64,000 bases of DNA, from the NCBI GenBank assembly GCA_001662655.1, contig KV460247.1; one strand, 5' to 3'. This document shows positions 49,113 to 62,274 of the stretch, one piece after another. The first letter of the stretch is position 1. Every line of letters begins with the position of its first letter. The DNA comes from Pseudogymnoascus verrucosus. Its lineage: Eukaryota. The translations under genes were made by a program, and so were the position numbers. The notes beneath the pieces are model-generated. The model worked only from the letters and a program-made list of their open reading frames with translations, made no database searches and was not told the origin of the DNA.

Positions 49113-49359
49113 GATAGTTAACTCGAATTCTCCCGTTTTAGTACCACCGACGACATGCATATGCACTCAACAAAATGTGAGAAGTACGGCAACCAGATAC
49201 CTTAAAACCCAAACATCCCAACACCAAGATGCGTAAATACCTCGCTCCCTCCTAAAATGCAAGGACTTCCCCGGGATCGAACACGGCTCGAGGGTTCCTG
49301 TCACGAGAGGGGGCCAAGTCCGAATTTCGAAAAGGACTTACTAGGGAGACTAAAAAAAC

Positions 49360-49478
49360 ACATACAACAGTGGGTATTCGCTGGTGGTCACCCACCCAAC
49401 TACTAATCCACCGATCTCAAGCTTATGTATGGCAGAGCGGACGGGATGCCCAATTCTCTTGAGTCTATGGTCGTATGT
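49360..49478 (-). rRNA. 5S rRNA (dispersed, intact, 119 nt)
   Basis: Minus strand ACATACGACCATAG..CATCCCGTCCGCTCTGCC..GATTAGTAGTTGGGTGGGTGACCACCAGCGAATACCCACTGTTGTATGT, followed by a T7 Pol III terminator (49352-49358). Confidence 0.97.
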
Positions 49479-49829
49479 GATTGTTCTTTGAGTATGGCAC
49501 AATATAGGGGTGACGGGACTCGAGACCACAGCACGCCCCCCTTTTTAACTTCCGACCCCCCCTTTTGTTGCCGACTACGGCCATTTCATATTGCCCTTTC
49601 ATGGCCGTTTTCTGTGCCGCGCTCCGTCTCTGTGCTGCGGTCTTCTCACTTTATCCTATGTCATGTTCATTCCTTCTTCTTTCCTATGCTATTCACTTTC
49701 CCTGCCCTTTCCAATGCTGCGCGCTTTCCTTGCTCTGTCCCCTGGGATCTCCATGCGTAATATATCTTATCATCCATCACGCATTACCCCGTGTGTTAGA
49801 AACCAGAAAACTGATCTAGGAGAATATTC

Positions 49830-52800
49830 TCAAGTCATACTAGGGTCTAGGGACTTATTTCGCTCCTGCTTGTCGCGGTAGCTCGACCACCCAAGTGTAT
49901 CCATATCCCATGCGCCTAGCCTATAAATCGCTCTGTATCCATCGGGAGCCCGAAGATTTACGTCTGCTCCACCAGCAATCAACCTTGCTATAACATCAGT
50001 GTGACCATGGCACGCAGCTTCATGAAGTGCTGCTCCGGGACCGTAAGTCGAACCAGGAGCATCCACGTCTGCCCCAGCTTTAAGCAACATATCCACCGCT
50101 TCAAGATTGCCCTTCTCAGCAGCTATTTCAAGTGCCGTGGGGCCTTGATCCCCATGAGGAGTCGCGTTCGGGTTGGCCTTGGAAGCAAGTAGCAACGCTA
50201 CAATCTTAAGGTGACCACGTCGTACAGCTGTTTGAAGCGCTGTTTCGCTATGCTTAGCAAGAGCAGCTTCCACGTTTGCCCCGGCAATAAGTAGGGTTTT
50301 GACAATCTCGAGGTGGCCATGTTTTGCTGCTAATTGGAGCGCCGAAAGACCCTGGCCGTAAAAAGTGGGGATGTTGCGTACGTTTGCCCCAGCAGTAAGT
50401 AGGATTTTGACAACCTCGAGGTGGCCATGTTTTGCAGCTACTTGAAGCGCCGAATGTCCTCTGGGAAAATCAGAGAAGTCATCCACGTCTGACCCAGCAG
50501 TGATCAACCTAGCCGCTACCTCGGGGTGACCACCAGCGGCCGAAAGTTGTAACGCTGTATAGCCATTATACTGTAATATTTTCGAGTAAGCATTTGCATT
50601 CAGTCGTCCATACTTAAGTAGCCAATAGTTCATAGCTGTCAAGTCACTCTGCGGGTGATCATTTCGTTCATTAAATGCAATGATTCCGTCCACGATATCG
50701 AGCCGTCCCACTAATGATGCTAGTAGTAACACCAATTCTAATGATCTTTGTAGGTCATATTTGCCAAAAAACTTTACCTCCGCTAAGAACGGCTTACATT
50801 TAGCCTTAGCATTGAGTAGGGCTTGAGCGATATCGAACTGATTTCCCATTGCTGCTACTGCCAAGGGGTTTGTTTTCCCTCCACTTAGGGCGTCGGGTTT
50901 GGCGCCTCTCTCTAACAATATTTTAACAACCGCCTCATGACCACAGCTCACAGCGGCCGTCAACGCATTGTCATATGTTCCTATCTGGGCGTTGATATTG
51001 GCGCCACCTTCTACCAGTATCTCAACCACTTCTGCGTGGCCAGCACAGGCAGCCGATGCTAGCGCGCCGCCATATTTTCCCTTCTGGGTGTTGACATTGG
51101 CGCCTCTCTTTAACAATATCTTGACCATGTTCGCATGGCCCATCGCGGCTGCCGCTTCTAAGGCGCCGGCATATTTACCACCTTTGGCGTTAACCTCTGC
51201 GCCCGCCTGCAATAATATGTAGACCATTTTCTCATCCCCACTTTCAGCAGCGGCTACTAGTGCACAGCCATATATTCCACCATGAGCATTGACTTCAGCG
51301 CCATTCTTTAACAGTCCCAAGGCCATAGCCTCGTGGCCGTTATGAGCTGCGGCTACTAGCGCATATCCGTACTCCCCAGATAGACCATTAACATCGGTGC
51401 CCTCAGCTAGTAGCAATCGGACTGCTTCGAGGTTGCCATCCGCGGCTGCGCTTTGTAGTGATTGAGCGTTGAATTTTGCTCCGTCCTCAAGTAGAAGACT
51501 AACAGTCTTCTCCACATTTCCACGAACCTTTCCCAACTTCGTTGAATTCTGCTTATCAAAGCACTTTATCGTCGCTCCTTTCGATATGAGTAGACGCAAA
51601 ACGTCGGCTTTATAATGACGGGATGCTATTTGCAATGGTGTTAAAGCGTTGTTGTCCTTCGCATTGATCACAGAGCTTGAAAACTTAATCAATATCCCAG
51701 CCGCTTCTGTCGCACCTCCACGAGCCGCGTAATGTATCGCTTGTTGTCCCAGGTTGTCCTTCTCAGATACCTTCACCTTTTTCTTAAGGAGACTTCTCAC
51801 AGCGGTCGGAATATTCGCCATAGATGCAATGTGCAGTAGCGTAGAGCTTTCTGAAGGAAGCACACCCAAATAATCTCTTGGGCAGAATATCTTGCCTGCT
51901 GAGCACCACAGGCTAAACAAACCTTGTTCTACGATATCCCGTTTGGGAAATCTATAGGTATGCTTGTAGTCAAATTGATCAAGAAGTGTTTCCTGGTAGT
52001 GGCCATTCTGCTCAGCCTTTGAGGCATGCCAAAAGTATGCGGCGATTGCGTACTGTAGTAGCGGGAGGGTTTCTAAAGCAGGTAACTGAATCCAGGTGCG
52101 TTTGCTCGAAGATTTTTTGATGATTGTAGTTGTTGAATGTTGATGGACGTCTTTTGTCCAAAGATAGTTTACGCATGATCTAGCAAGTATGTCGTGGCAT
52201 GAACCTTCGAATTTTTTCTTCTCCGTATCCGAGGGGGTTTTTAAACCTGTGAGAATTTCGAATCCCTCCTCTAGTAAAAAGTCTCGAACTGTTTGATGAT
52301 TGACTTGAACTACTGTGCCTGAATCGTGTTCTCTGACTTCTATCAGGCCACCAGATAAGGCTGTAATCCGCGTTTCCATTCTATACTCCACGTATTCGCT
52401 GGAGTCTTTGAGATGATATAGCTGAAGTGGAGGTAGGCTGTCAACAACGGCCATGGCATGCCGTATCTCCTCTAGTGATAGCGGTCTCGCTGCAAAGCAT
52501 ACCCATCGAAATAGCTTCAGTGCTCCCGTCTTTTGCTTTTGGCTGATTAGAGCCTGGAGAATATACCGATACATATCATTGAGATCTTTAGGCAGATCAT
52601 AAAGTATATTTTGGATCGAACCTAAAGGTTCTGCCTCCCGATCCGCTTTAAATATGATTGGCAACACGAGGCACACCCATTGGAAGACTCCATTTGCTTT
52701 TGCAGCAATGTCGTCTTCTAATTTAAGGCTCATCGCCTTAGACTTGATCGGCCCATCGTCTTGTAAATTCTGTTCAAATTCCCTTTGGATGAACAATCGT

Positions 52801-54970
52801 ATACCTCGCCCATTTTCGTGTTCAACGATAACTTTTTGATTTTCCGCAACTCTCGTAGACACGATCGGGTAATGGCGACTCGAGAAACATATCTTAACGA
52901 TGCCATTGTTGTGTTGCACTTTCTCATAAAGGCTGGCGAGATAAGTCGCTAGGTCGTTTGCGATCACCTCCCCGGCTTCATCTAGGGCGTCTATGAAAAT
53001 GATAACCTTCTTCGACTGTGAAATTTGACAGATGAGGCTGGAGAATAACTCTTCGAGCATTTTCTCGGTCCATTCCCACTTTACATTGACCATGCCATCC
53101 TCACTGTTCTTGTTGAACTCTTTGATAATCCCCGTGCGAGCCGTCGAATCACCTTTGTATAGCTGGAGCAAGAGTGACTTAAACATTCCCAACGGAGTCT
53201 TCTGTAACTCGGTTCCGCGTGCGTGAAAGAAGAAGCTCAATTTAAGACTAGACGTGCTCACCGTAGGCATCTGGATTTTTTCATAAATGTATTTCATCAG
53301 GGTGGACTTGCCCGCCCCTGCTTTTCCTTGGATCCATAGGAGACCATCGGTGTTTTGAATCCAACAGGCGTAGTTCTCATTTTCTAGCAACCAGCCGCAG
53401 GTATTGTCATCAACGTTGACAATATTCTCCTTTCGAAAGTTCATCTCTTTGAATTGGAGCGATTCCAGGCATTCTGCAGAAGGTGTTAGAACGGTTATTT
53501 AAGAGGAAGGTGTCTTGTACCATCATTTCGGAAATCATTCTGCCCTGACGATATCCGAGCATCTAAACGGTATACACAATTAGCGACGGGCCAAGTCAAG
53601 ACATAAGAAACTGTTCATGGATATGAATTTTATATTGATATAATCCAATGAATCTAGCAAACCCCTCTCTCCACGTTCTACTTAGCCTCAGAATTTAGGG
53701 CTAAGAATCGACGCTGTAGATCATGGACGGAATCGGTACTTTCAGGTGTTTGGAGACCACTAAGGAGATATATATCATTACCATTATTAACGCGTTCTTG
53801 CAGCAAAGCTTTAATACACTGTTTAAGCTTTGCCTGAGGTTCCCCTCTACTCAAATACTCTTGTGTTTGGTCAACGATCTCTCCGATATGCTTGTGCTCC
53901 TCCAGTCCAATATTGCCTAATCCGTGCGTGACGCTTAATCGACAATATCGTTCTTCAGCAACCATAACTTTGTTTGCATTGTAAAAATCGTCAGCAACAA
54001 CGTCGCACCCTGTCACGATTTTCGTGATGCTCTCTGCAATCTTTTTCAAGTTGCCACCAAAAGCGGTGCCTGGAACTTCACCGGTTCCAATGCTCGTAGC
54101 AACGACCGTTCGATCCGGCCAGATATTTTGAGCCTCATCGTAGACCTTGAAAATCGGATTGTTGTACCCTAATCCCCCGTCGATGAAGCTCTGTTTGTAC
54201 GGCCCAATCTGTACCGGGTCAAAGAAGGTTGGCGCTGCTGAGGTTGCTCTGCACGCCTCCCACACTTTGCATTCGTCGAAGAGCGTTTGACTTGCGTGAA
54301 GGTAATCGTAGGTTCTAAGGATGGCAAGCTTACTATTGCTCTCGCGAAGTGCAAATACGCAACTGTAGATGAGCCATTAGTGATTGACAAAGTGGCAGAA
54401 TTATTCTCGCTTGTAACATACACTTTGCAGGGCGATTCTGGATCTTGGAGTAAGATCTGGTCATCGTTTTTCGCAACTTTTGATTTCCGGATCTGGTTTT
54501 TTATTTCTCTCTCTAGGACTAGCGAATCAAACTTCCCGTCACCGTTCAGGTATTCCACTCCTCTAACAGGACTCGCACGGGAATGTCTCGGTGTGAAAAT
54601 GGCTTTCGAAAGCTCCGTGTAAGCTTTGATGCATTCCGGGATAGTCATTCGCAGTCTTCCGAGCATGATCGCAATAATACTGCAAAATACAGTTAACACG
54701 CGGCTTCGTAATATAGACACATTGCATACCCGCCAGTACTTGTGCCTCCCATCAAATCGAAGTACTCCCATGGTTCCTGCGGGTCCTTTCCATCGGCTTT
54801 CCGCTGGGTATTGATATTTCGCATGATATGATCTAGAATGAGGATAGCTGATAGCCCTCTCACCCCGCCTCCATCTACATGCTCATATTAGACAACGCAT
54901 TGGAGTATGGAATATGAGGCTACATACCGAGGCTAAGGGCTCGAATGGGCCTTTCACTATCGTCGGCCAT
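49830..54970 (-). CDS. Patatin-like phospholipase - NACHT - ankyrin-repeat NLR-like protein (multi-exon)
   Basis: ATG at 54970. Patatin motifs DGGGVRG, GTSTG and FIDGG; P-loop WIQGKAGAGKSTL; Walker B IFIDALDE; winged-helix ARPLSLEE..HQTVRDFL; many ankyrin repeats. The halves join in frame through introns 53781-53563 and 53520-53474. Confidence 0.88.
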
Positions 54971-56106
54971 TTCCTATACTTTGACAGCCACCCGCCGTGG
55001 CCAGCAGGAACGACAGCGGGTAAGCTTTCCAACGAGATTTATATAGAAGTCTAGATCAGCGGCTTCATAGGAAATAATGTTGACGAAATAAATAAGTATG
55101 CAAGTGACTGAAGGCGAACGAAAACGCTTCCAGCCACCACTCAGGCAAGGCTGCGACACTAATGGGGAGCTGATGGAGGGTTGAGGCGTTTGGGCGCGTA
55201 TTTCGGGAAATGCTGCCCAGTCACAATTCGCAGGACATGTCCCGTGGCATAATTCCAATAAAAAGGCTCCCCATCATCGGCACAGCCTTGTCTGGGTAGT
55301 GGTTGGAAGCATTGGCTGTAGCCAAGCCTATGCATACCTTGGATTCAAAATAAAACATGTGTATGTACCAAAAATAAACAGAGAAGAACTCGCATCGCGC
55401 AGTACATAGCGCTCCTCGTTGTTTCCAACTCATCTGACTTTGGAAGCAGATAACATATGTATAGTGGTATACAATAATAGAGTATATTGCCACGAAAGAA
55501 AATATAAAGCAGTACTCGTCCTATGCCTTATGTTTCATCGTTGTTTCCAACTATTCTTACCCGGCGACAAGAGACAATCGAGCAACCCTGGGTTACATTT
55601 CAAGACCGATGGTACTCTCATGATATTCCCAATAGTGATTGAAGGGGAAAGAACCACCATAGACTGATATATATATATGTTTATATATATAACTCGCTTT
55701 TAATCGATGATTGAAGGTGGTTGAGAGCTAAAAGTTGCATCTAGCTCATCATGACAGCATGTCACGTGCAGCATAGCTTTGCTCCCGCCCCACCTTTCTG
55801 GATAAGGCAGAACGACCCCGCTGATAAGTTGAATCAGTCGATAAAAATCATGGTTGTGGATTTCGCGTGCAGGAGAGCCGCACAACCTCATTCCCCCAAA
55901 ACAAAACAAAACATCACCCGCTGTAAAAAACAGAAATACGAGAACAAACAAGACCTCCGAGAGGCTAATTACGATTTTACATTCTTTCACCCCTTTCGCT
56001 CATTCCATCACCAACTTCACTGTACAGCTTTGCTTCCATCTACAAGGAACCTCATCGTCATCAGGGTTCCTTGGTCACCTGACTGCCCACCCCGCCTTCC
56101 ACGAAT

Positions 56107-59100
56107 ATGGCTGGAAGCCCACCAGCAGCAGATGCACCGACAACGTCGGTCCTGAGCTGGTACGATGCGCGAACACCTCGGATTCTAGATCTCGTCGGCG
56201 ACTATGCCGGAAAGGAGCTGTTCCTCGTCGAGGGAGACTCGTTGCTCCGCGCCTGTTTTGAGGATGGGAGAATCGATTTTGAGGGTAAGCTACCCCGCGC
56301 ATATAGGACCCCACCACACTTTATGGAGGTGGAGCTTCAGTAGACGCAACCCGCGCGGTCGATCCGTCGGGTTGTTGATCTAAGAGTGGATGGTGGCCAA
56401 GCACAAGTGTATTGGGCTATTGGGGCGGTATCCATGGTGCTTGATATGGCCCTGGAGCCTCGATGGAAGATGGGGATTTACCGATGCTGCATATGCGCTA
56501 CTACCTTCTTAAGGCCACTCGCTGACAGGAACAGGTGGATTCCAACTACTACATGCCGCATTTGTTGTCGAGCGCTTCCTCGATAACCTCATCAAGCGAC
56601 ACTGCAATTTCCACATTGCCTTCTTCGCAGGTAAGATACCTCAGCTCCAACTCTCCCGCAATATATACTAACCCTACCCAGACCACAAAGAACTATGCAT
56701 ACCCCCCGGCTCCAGCGCCCAGCGCTCGCGCTACCTCCTCACCCGCACGCTGCTCATCCAGCATCTCGAAGTGCATCTTCCCGACACCTGTGGAGTGGAA
56801 GTGCATGTCTTCCCATCCCTCGGTAGCGATGAGTTCAACACATTCCTTGCACACTCTCCAGTATACTTCGTCATGGCGCATGATGGATCGCTACCGACCG
56901 AGGGCAAAGAGGTGCAGGAGGGCGCGAGAGAGAAGACTGCGAAGGTGCTGCTGCGAGGCATCCTGGCGTCGTTCAATGCGCGCAACCTGAATGTGGCGCT
57001 GATTAATCAGAATGAGATTCGGGATAGCAAGGTATGTTGTTGCACTGGGCCGAGACTGTACTGTGAAATAAGCTGACGAGCTGTTTAGATTATTACTATG
57101 GTCCTAGAGGCAGAAGTCAACGAGCAAGTGGACTTCGGCGAAGAAGTGGCGGCCGCACATAAAGATATGGATGGTGGCAATGCTTCCAGGAATACTTTCG
57201 ACATCGGGAAATGGTTGGAGGATCCCAGCACCCTCAACGAGCTGGCATCGGAGGTAGAGGATGACACACCGGGAAGTTGGGTTGTGGGAGCTGTTGGTGC
57301 ATCGGTTATTCTCCAGCAAACGCAGGAGTACAACTTCCTTGCCTCGGCGTATATGCTGCACCTTGTGATCTTAAAGCGTCTTTCTCTCGAGCAGAGGCGA
57401 TTTCCTCTGATCCGATTCGAAGATGAGTTTGACCAAAAGATCGACAACTTTCTGGAGCTCTTCTCGGAAGTTGTGACGGAAATTGCGGATAACGATGCGT
57501 TTGTAAACGTCATGGAGAAGCTGGGGGTCAAGTCTGATCTCATCGACATGATCGATGGCAGATTATTCAGAGCAACTGTTCAAGCTCTGTTGACTGGTCC
57601 TTTGAAGGGGGGACCCCCGCCTTCTCTTTCAGAAGACTGGTCCACAGTGTTCGATCTAGTCCTCTCCCTATCGGGGAAGTCTCTCATTGGAAAGGCGCCT
57701 AAGGATCGCAAGATTAAGGATGCTGATGCCGAGAACAACGGAAAGGAGGTTGATGCTGCGGATAGCACCGTTTTGTCTTTGACCGAGCCGGTTTTCGATA
57801 AGCACCTTTCCGCCATCCACGTTAATGTCGATACGTCTCTATCTGCAAAATTGTCAGCGATGAAACTGTACCGCGAGTCTTCATACTGGCAAACCCACAA
57901 GCCTATTGTCCCCAAAAAACACGTGCCGATTGAGAAGGAGAAAGTGTCAAAGTGGAAGAACCCGCTGAGGAAGAACCAATTCTACATGGCCGAAATGACC
58001 GCCTACGCAGCGAGTTTGACGGGCTCAAACGGCAGAGTTCTGGAGCCAGAGACTATCACTGTTGGCGTTAAAAAGTCAAAGCCTGCTGAGGTTAAGGCGG
58101 CGTCGAAATCCGGAAAGGCATCTCCAGCTTCGGAAGATTCTGGACCGGTTGCGAAGAAGGGGGGTGGTAAGAAGGGTGGAGCTGGCGGCCTGAGCAAGGC
58201 ACAGCAGATCATTGCTGCCAACAAAGAGAAGAAGGGAGATGCAGAGTCCGACAAGGCATTCTCGGCTTGGCAGGGAGTGATGAAGGTGTATGATGAGATT
58301 CTCGGAGAGCAGGAACGCTACAACCGTGCCAAGCTGTACCGCGACGGTCTCGACTCCGCCAGATCCGTGCACGTCGAAGCGGATATCAACATGTATTTGT
58401 GCCAATGCCTCTTGAACTGGTGGGCAAAGTACTGCAAGGCAGACAAGAAGCCAGAGGGTTACCATGTGGTTGCTTTGCTCTGGACCGTGATCAGGGCAAT
58501 TTCCACCTCAAAGACCCCAGTGGCCAAGGAGATCGTTCAGCAGTCTGAGTTAATTGCCACTATCGTAGGCATCACCGATGCCATCACATCCACACCGCCG
58601 ATTGCTTCTGACCGGAAACTCTCATTCAAGTTCAAGCTGCCCGGTAACCTCAAGCCATTGAAGATCAGCCTTAACCAGACGGAGTTCCAGCTGCTCCACT
58701 GCGGCCCCTACATGGACCGCGACTTGGACGCCAAAGTCGATCCACGTGTCTCGAGCTTCGTGCCTGATGGCTGGCAAAGGAAGGTCCTCGATGAGCTAGA
58801 CGCAGACAACAGCGTCTTCGTCGTTGCACCTACGTCGGCTGGTAAAACATTCATCAGTTTCTACGCCATGGAGAACATTCTACGCTCTGACAACGACGGG
58901 ATCCTGATCTACGTCGCGCCAACGAAGGCGTTGGTCAACCAGATCGCTGCTGAAATCCAGGGGCGCTTCTCCAAGAAGTACCCACAGGCTGGAAAGTCTA
59001 TCTGGGCCATCCACACGAGAGAATACCGCATTAACAACCCAATCGGATGTCAAATTCTCGTCACGGTGCCGCATATTCTGCAGACCATGCTGTTGTCGCC

Positions 59101-61925
59101 AACGAATGCAAAGACTTGGTCGCCGTTGGTTCGTCGCATCATCTTCGATGAAATTCACTCTATCGGAACGGCAGAGGATGGCGTTGTCTGGGAGCAACTG
59201 CTTCTCTTGGCCCCTTGCCCTATCATTGCCTTGTCAGCAACGGTGGGTAACCCTGAGCAGTTCAGCGACTGGCTAGCGGAGACGCAGAAGTCGTCGGGCA
59301 ACAAGCTCAGCATGATTCGTCACACTACGAGATACTCTGATCTGAGAAAGTTCTTGTATCAGCCACCGAAGGGCTTTGAGTTTAATGGCCTGCCGAAATC
59401 AACCAAGGGCGGCCTTGGATTGGATGGCCTTTATGGCTTATCGTTCTTGCACCCAGTGGCGAGTCTTCAGTATAGGTCCCGTGGCTTGCCAGACGATCTG
59501 GCACTGGAGCCGCGTGATTGCTTCATCCTGTGGAAGGCTATGTGCAAGCTGCAGACCGAGAACTACAAGGTCCCTAGCGAGCTCGACCCTGCAAAGGCCC
59601 TCCCCCTGTGCATCAAGAAATTTGATATCTTCAAGTGGGAGAAGAAATTGAAAATCTTGCTTCTTTCGTGGATGAATGACGAGAAGTCGCCGTTCGAGAA
59701 CCTCGTGCAGGAGCTGACCCCCACAAAGACGGAACTGGCTCCTATTGCCGAGGGCGAGAAGGAGATCGACAGGAATGATCTTCGACAGACTACATTGCCT
59801 CTTCTGTACCAATTGCACCAGAGAGGTGCCCTGCCGGCGATTTTCTTCAATTATGACCGTACTGCTTGCGAAGACATCGGCCTGTCACTCTTAACCCAAC
59901 TCAAGACTGCCGAGGACGCGTTTAAGGAGAGCAAAGAGTGGAAGCGCAAGATTGAGAAGTGGACTGAGTGGAAGGAGTTGAAGGAGAAGAAGGCAGCAAA
60001 GAAGGCTCCAAAGGTGTCGAAGAAGAAGACCAACGATGAGGAGGACAAAATGTCAAAGGCAGACCAAGCCCGCGACGATGCCAGTGGCGAGGTTAGCGCA
60101 ATGGATCTCTTCGACCCCGAAGAGCCACAGGACGACTACTCCTTCGCCGACAAGCGCAAATGCCAACGGTCGGAAATCGACCGCTTCGTCAAGCAGCTGA
60201 GATGGAAGCACGTCAAGGAAGAGCTCGTCGAGCTCATCCAGCGCGGTATCGGAGTTCATCACTCGGGTATGAACAAGAAGTACAGACAGTGCGTCGAGAT
60301 CCTCTTCCGCAAGGGTTTCCTGCGTGTCATTATCGCGACTGGCGAGCTGAGCTTGGGTATCAATATGCCTTGTTCCACAGTGGTCTTCTCGGGCGACTCT
60401 GTCTACTTGACTGCTCTTAACTTTAGGCAGGCTGCCGGTCGTGCGGGTCGTCGTGGTTTTGATCTCCTGGGTAATGTCGTTTTCCAGAACATCGACCGTG
60501 ACCGCGCATGCAATCTTCTGAGCTCGAGACTGCCAGATCTCACGGGACACTTCCCTATCACTACTGATCTAGTGCTCCGATTGTTCACGCTGCTAAATGA
60601 GTCGAAGCATTCGCCTTACGCGACGAAGTCTATCAATGGTCTTCTGTCACAGCCGAGGCTGTATCTCGGTGGAAAGAGCTTCAAAGAGCAAGTGCTTTAC
60701 CACCTCCGCTTCACGATCGAGTACCTCCGCCGTCAAGGGCTACTTGGCCCGAAGGGCGAGCCTGTGAACTTCTCCGGCCCCGTTACGCACCTGTACTTCA
60801 CCGAGAACTCGTCTTGGGCGTTCCATGGTAAGTAATGTACAAACTTCCGTTGAATGAAGCTAACACAACTCAGCACTCCTCAAGGAGGGATACTTCACCA
60901 ACGTCTGTGCCAACATTGACACTGAGCCCGACGCCGTGATCAACGAGCTCATGCTCGTCCTCAGTCACATCTTTGGCCGCCGCGCCGCGCGCGTCACCGA
61001 CAGCCAGGCAATGGCCGATGCGATCAACAAGTCTCCCTCGATGGTCTACCTTCCACCAATGCCCAAGGCAGCCCTGTCCACACTCGAGACGCACAACGCG
61101 AACACCTTGTCCATCTACACGACCTACGTGAAGACCTTCGCCGAACAATACGTCAAGGGCGCCGAGACGACCCTCCCACTCACCCAGTTCTCCGCCAACT
61201 CCCTTGACGCAGACTCAGCTTCAGACCTCTCCTTCCTCCCCTCCCTCCCAGCCACCACCGCTCGCTCGCCATTCGTCGCCCTCTCGGGCCACGGCGATGC
61301 TTTCCCCACTATCTCCGACCTATGCACCTCCTCGCGTGCTGGTATCTTCCTTGAGAGCGCACTGATCCCTCACATCTCGCTTCACCCGACCGAGACACGC
61401 CAGCCGCTCAACGCGTACCTGCTTGATTTCTTCGCGCACGGTAGCGTCAAGGCGCTCGAGGTCGCGAACGGCATCCGTCGCGAGGACGTGTGGTTCGTGC
61501 TCAACGACTTCTCGCTCGTCCTTGGCACCGTGTGCGCTGCACTCGCGGTGTACCTTGGTGTTGTGGTCGCGGGACGCGATGCGGATGATGAGATGTTGGG
61601 TGTGATGGGTATGGGTGACGTTGCGGAGAATGAGCAAGATGAGAAGGAAGCGGAGGAGTTGATGGGGCAGGAGGATGCCAGAATTGGCGGTGCTGGTGCT
61701 CCAGCAGCGGGAGGCCCAGCTGCGGTGCCGAGGAAGGGGAAGAAGGGTGTTGCGGAGGAGTGGGGTGAGGCGGAGGATAAGTTGCAGGAGGAGGAGAGGA
61801 TGGAGGAGGAGTGGGAGGAGAGGGGGACGGATGATGAGGAGTATGAGAGGTTGCTGAAAGTGTACCGCTCGTTCAGGAAGCTGAAGGCGGAGTTCGATGC
61901 CAAGTTCTTGGAGATCTGGGCGTAG
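56107..61925 (+). CDS. DDX60-like Ski2-type DExD/H-box RNA helicase (multi-exon)
   Basis: N-terminal LDLVGDYAGKELFLVEGDSLL; APTSAGKT; APTKALVNQ; DEIH; SAT; GIGVHHSG; LSLGINMPC; QAAGRAGRRGFD; WFVLNDFSLVL; stop at 61925. Confidence 0.93.
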
Positions 61926-62274
61926 ATGTGGTGCGGTGTGGTGGTGGAGTGGGTGTGTGCCTGCATGGATATAGAAGGTGCTTACGCGCTATCTATTATG
62001 TTATGAGACAGGAGAGCAAGATAGAGAGGGAAGGGCAAAGCAGGATAAAATTGCATAGTCATGAGGAAAAGGATGGTTCAGCACTAGATAGAGGAGATAG
62101 TGAGGTATCTACATCTAGATGGGGGACAGAAAAGCGTCTCAGCTTATGGATAGATTGGTAGATAGAGAATAAGTTTCCCTATACTGTTCGACGGCGTCTT
62201 ATATTTCGACAAGTTACAACCAGTTGCAGCCCAATTCCGTTTCAGCACAGATTCGACCCTTTCTTAATGAATAT

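Noticed and set aside
49258..49351. Possible tRNA gene or HDV-like ribozyme
   Set aside because: Only a T-loop-like motif and short stems; no D-arm or anticodon stem, and no consistent P1-P3 pairing.
53521..53790. Amyloid signalling motif pair between the patatin C-terminus and the NACHT N-terminus
   Set aside because: No matching N/Q/G-rich HRAM, PP or sigma-type repeats in the two segments; in-frame splicing explains the link.
57104..61966. Many antisense and alternate-frame ORFs inside the helicase (likewise in the NmrA-like and lipase genes)
   Set aside because: Expected shadows of GC-rich codon usage.
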